A program made the translations under genes and the position numbers. A stretch of 32,000 nucleotides of DNA from Candidatus Auribacterota bacterium (GTDB taxonomy: Bacteria > Auribacterota > UBA6266): assembly GCA_023136205.1 (NCBI GenBank), contig JAGLRQ010000064.1:1-32000 (forward strand), read 5' to 3'. Numbering within the stretch: the stretch's first letter is position 1; the number at the start of each line of letters is the position of its first letter. This document shows positions 29,769-32,000 of this stretch, piece after piece. Under the pieces are notes generated by a model, which was not told the DNA's origin, did no database searches, and saw only the letters and a program-made list of their open reading frames with translations.

Positions 29769-32000
29769 ATGCAAAAAACAAAAAGCATAATTTCAGTCTT
29801 TATACTTTCTTTTATATCTCTAATCCTAAACTCCTCAGCAGTTTTGGCAGTTGATGTTGATATGGAAGCAGGCACTACTGCCACTTATACTTTAACGGTT
29901 AAAAACATTGGTATTGTTCCTATGACCGATATAGGGGGAGAAGCTTCCATAGTAAGTTTAGGCCAACACGGCAAATTTTCCATCAAAAAGGGCAAATTTT
30001 CCATTTCTTCGATTTCTGAGGGAAATGAAGCTATTGTGAAATTTCAAGTTACAGCGCCTCCCCAGCCCGATCCGGAAAATCCTATAATTATGAAGGGTGA
30101 AGCAACTTTTACTATAACAAAGGTAAAAGATCAAGACGGCAAGAAAGCTCCTTTTATTTGTACTGATGGGAAAGATACAATTAGCGCTGATCCGACGTTT
30201 ATCCAACGTACAAGAAAAGCTATTATTACCGCAGGTGGCGGTAGCCCAATAAATTCATATAACAAGTATTATAATTATCCGCTGCCTCAAGAAATTTCTG
30301 TTAATCCATCTTTACCAAATGATATTTCCATATATTATATGTACCGGTTTACATCTTTCGATATGGAAGCGCAGATTACAATATCTGAAGGATCCTTGTC
30401 GGAAGATACTGTGATAGCCATAAATAATACAGATAAATCAAATATTGAGATCCAGTTAGTCAAAGCCCAATATGACACTGAGCTATCGGCCTATAATCAG
30501 GGGATTAAATCCGAAGTTAATACTTCTATCAACATTGATACCCAGTCCTATATAAATGAAGCAGTAACAAGAGGTATGGATGAACAGACTGTTACGGATT
30601 ACATTAACAATACCATTTCAACTGCTCAAAATAATCTAAATACTGCAATTGATAATTTGATTAATACCACCCACAACACATTACTTCCAGCTTTAGAACC
30701 TGTTAATGTCCAGATAAGCAGTAAGGTAGGCGCAGTTATTAATGATGTCATTGTTAAAGAAAATCAGTTTATCAGAGATAGAGAAGATGCTATTCAAAAA
30801 GCCCAAGTGGAAAACAATATAGATGATTTAGCCGCACAACTTGAAGCTAACGGCGCCTCAGAGGAAATTATTAATCAAATCCAAGAGGAAGCAGAAGAAA
30901 AAGCCGAATCCCAATCAGCTATAGCTATAAGCCTCTTGGAAGCCTCTAAATTTAACGATATAAAAACACTTCACGATGATGGAAATCTTTTTATCCAAAA
31001 CTTAATCTTTGACACTAATAAAACTGTTACTTCGAAAAATAATACTTTAAGACAGCAAATTCTTGATGGAAAAGACAATTCTCAATCCAATGCTGAAAAG
31101 GATATTATCACCTATATCAGAGGTATTACCGATACTGTTTTATCCATAGCACAGATTAGTTTTCCCGTCGAAGCTCAAAGTATATCAGATGCCGTTAATT
31201 TTAGCGGTACGGCCTCTGATGAAAATATAAAGGAATATACCTTAAGTTATTTTGATGGCGCCAACTGGAATATTGTCAATAACTCCATTACTTCAGTTAC
31301 TAACTCCGCATTGGGCATCTGGAATACTAATACTGTAGCTAATGGTAACTATCCTGTTAGGCTAAGGGTAGTAGATACTGCTGGCAATGTAAGCAAGGCT
31401 ACTATTAATGTAACGGTTAACAATCAGGACTTAACTGTACCGGTTATTACCATAGCTTCTCCGGCCTCGGGGGAAGAATCGGCCGGTGTTATAACTATCA
31501 ATGGTTCTATCACCGAGAACTATTTATCCAGTTACATAGTAGAATACTTCACAGAAGAAGAACCTGAAAACTGGATCCAGATAGGCAGCACTCATAAAGT
31601 GATTGATTCCTCAGGCATCTTAGCTTCTTTCAGCCCATTATTATTATCTAAAGGCAATCATACCCTTAGAATAACTGCTACCGACACAAGCAATAATTCC
31701 TCAAACCAGACGATAACTGTAAATACTGGTCACAAATTCAACAACACAGGCGGGCAGCTCTATGCCGCTAACACCTTAGCAGATGACAGGAGGTTAGAAT
31801 TTGCCTATAAATCATTTGATTTTAAGCCCAATAATCTAATGCTTAATCAACCCGCAGTCATTAAACTTCACTACACAGATGAGGAACTCAGTGACCGCGG
31901 TTATGAAGAAAATTTATTAAACATCTTTTTGTATGATGAAGAAACTTTTACATGGGAGGTAATCTCAACGCAAATTGATTTTGAAAACAATGTTCTAACG
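29769..32000 (+). CDS. large secreted/cell-surface protein with CARDB-like N-terminal domain, helical middle and tandem Ig-like domains (3' end outside the window)
   Basis: I translated it by hand from ATG 29769. The frame stays open for 744 codons to the window edge, so it is absent from the ORF track. The signal peptide is MQKTKSIISVFILSFISLILNSSAVLA. Ig-like repeats end in ...NYPVRLRVVDTAGNVSKATINVTV and ...GNHTLRITATDTSNNSSNQTITVNT. Confidence 0.75.
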   Translation, partial: MQKTKSIISVFILSFISLILNSSAVLAVDVDMEAGTTATYTLTVKNIGIVPMTDIGGEASIVSLGQHGKFSIKKGKFSISSISEGNEAIVKFQVTAPPQPDPENPIIMKGEATFTITKVKDQDGKKAPFICTDGKDTISADPTFIQRTRKAIITAGGGSPINSYNKYYNYPLPQEISVNPSLPNDISIYYMYRFTSFDMEAQITISEGSLSEDTVIAINNTDKSNIEIQLVKAQYDTELSAYNQGIKSEVNTSINIDTQSYINEAVTRGMDEQTVTDYINNTISTAQNNLNTAIDNLINTTHNTLLPALEPVNVQISSKVGAVINDVIVKENQFIRDREDAIQKAQVENNIDDLAAQLEANGASEEIINQIQEEAEEKAESQSAIAISLLEASKFNDIKTLHDDGNLFIQNLIFDTNKTVTSKNNTLRQQILDGKDNSQSNAEKDIITYIRGITDTVLSIAQISFPVEAQSISDAVNFSGTASDENIKEYTLSYFDGANWNIVNNSITSVTNSALGIWNTNTVANGNYPVRLRVVDTAGNVSKATINVTVNNQDLTVPVITIASPASGEESAGVITINGSITENYLSSYIVEYFTEEEPENWIQIGSTHKVIDSSGILASFSPLLLSKGNHTLRITATDTSNNSSNQTITVNTGHKFNNTGGQLYAANTLADDRRLEFAYKSFDFKPNNLMLNQPAVIKLHYTDEELSDRGYEENLLNIFLYDEETFTWEVISTQIDFENNVLT

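Noticed and set aside
29958-30206. 82-aa minus-strand ORF in the track
   Set aside because: It lies antisense inside the 744-codon open-ended surface-protein ORF, which has a signal peptide and domain structure.

Overview
Low-GC bacterial chromosomal segment, all calls made by eye with no database search. The left third (1-9966) is a housekeeping block, all on the + strand: tRNA-Gly(GCC), tig-clpP-clpX-lon, a class-V aminotransferase abutting serA, and purA. The middle (10054-13765) is an envelope cluster. It holds a CsgG-like lipoprotein, a PEGA-like lipoprotein, and DUF4810-like and DUF799-like lipoproteins, bracketed by two paralogous small outer-membrane beta-barrel genes. From about 13.77 to 28.1 kb the sequence looks more AT-rich and reads as a defence island. 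In order it contains: a PLD/HKD protein with winged-helix C-terminal domains flanked by identical hairpin repeats; a Type I-like R-M system with a short HsdR and a fused HsdM-HsdS; a RES-domain gene translationally coupled to the fusion; a SIR2-HerA pair (a known NAD-depleting defence system) followed tightly by a KTSC-domain gene; and a block of GIY-YIG nuclease, a 69-aa helical protein and an 802-aa Rad50/SbcC-like zinc-hook ATPase with an RloC/PrrC-like tail. The right end carries three tandem hairpins that occlude the Shine-Dalgarno of a beta-hairpin-repeat protein. It also carries a large open-ended surface-protein ORF (29769 to the window end) that is missing from the ORF track. The best candidates for undescribed biology are the GIY-YIG/small/zinc-hook-ATPase triad, the RM-coupled RES gene and the repeat-flanked PLD-wHTH gene.
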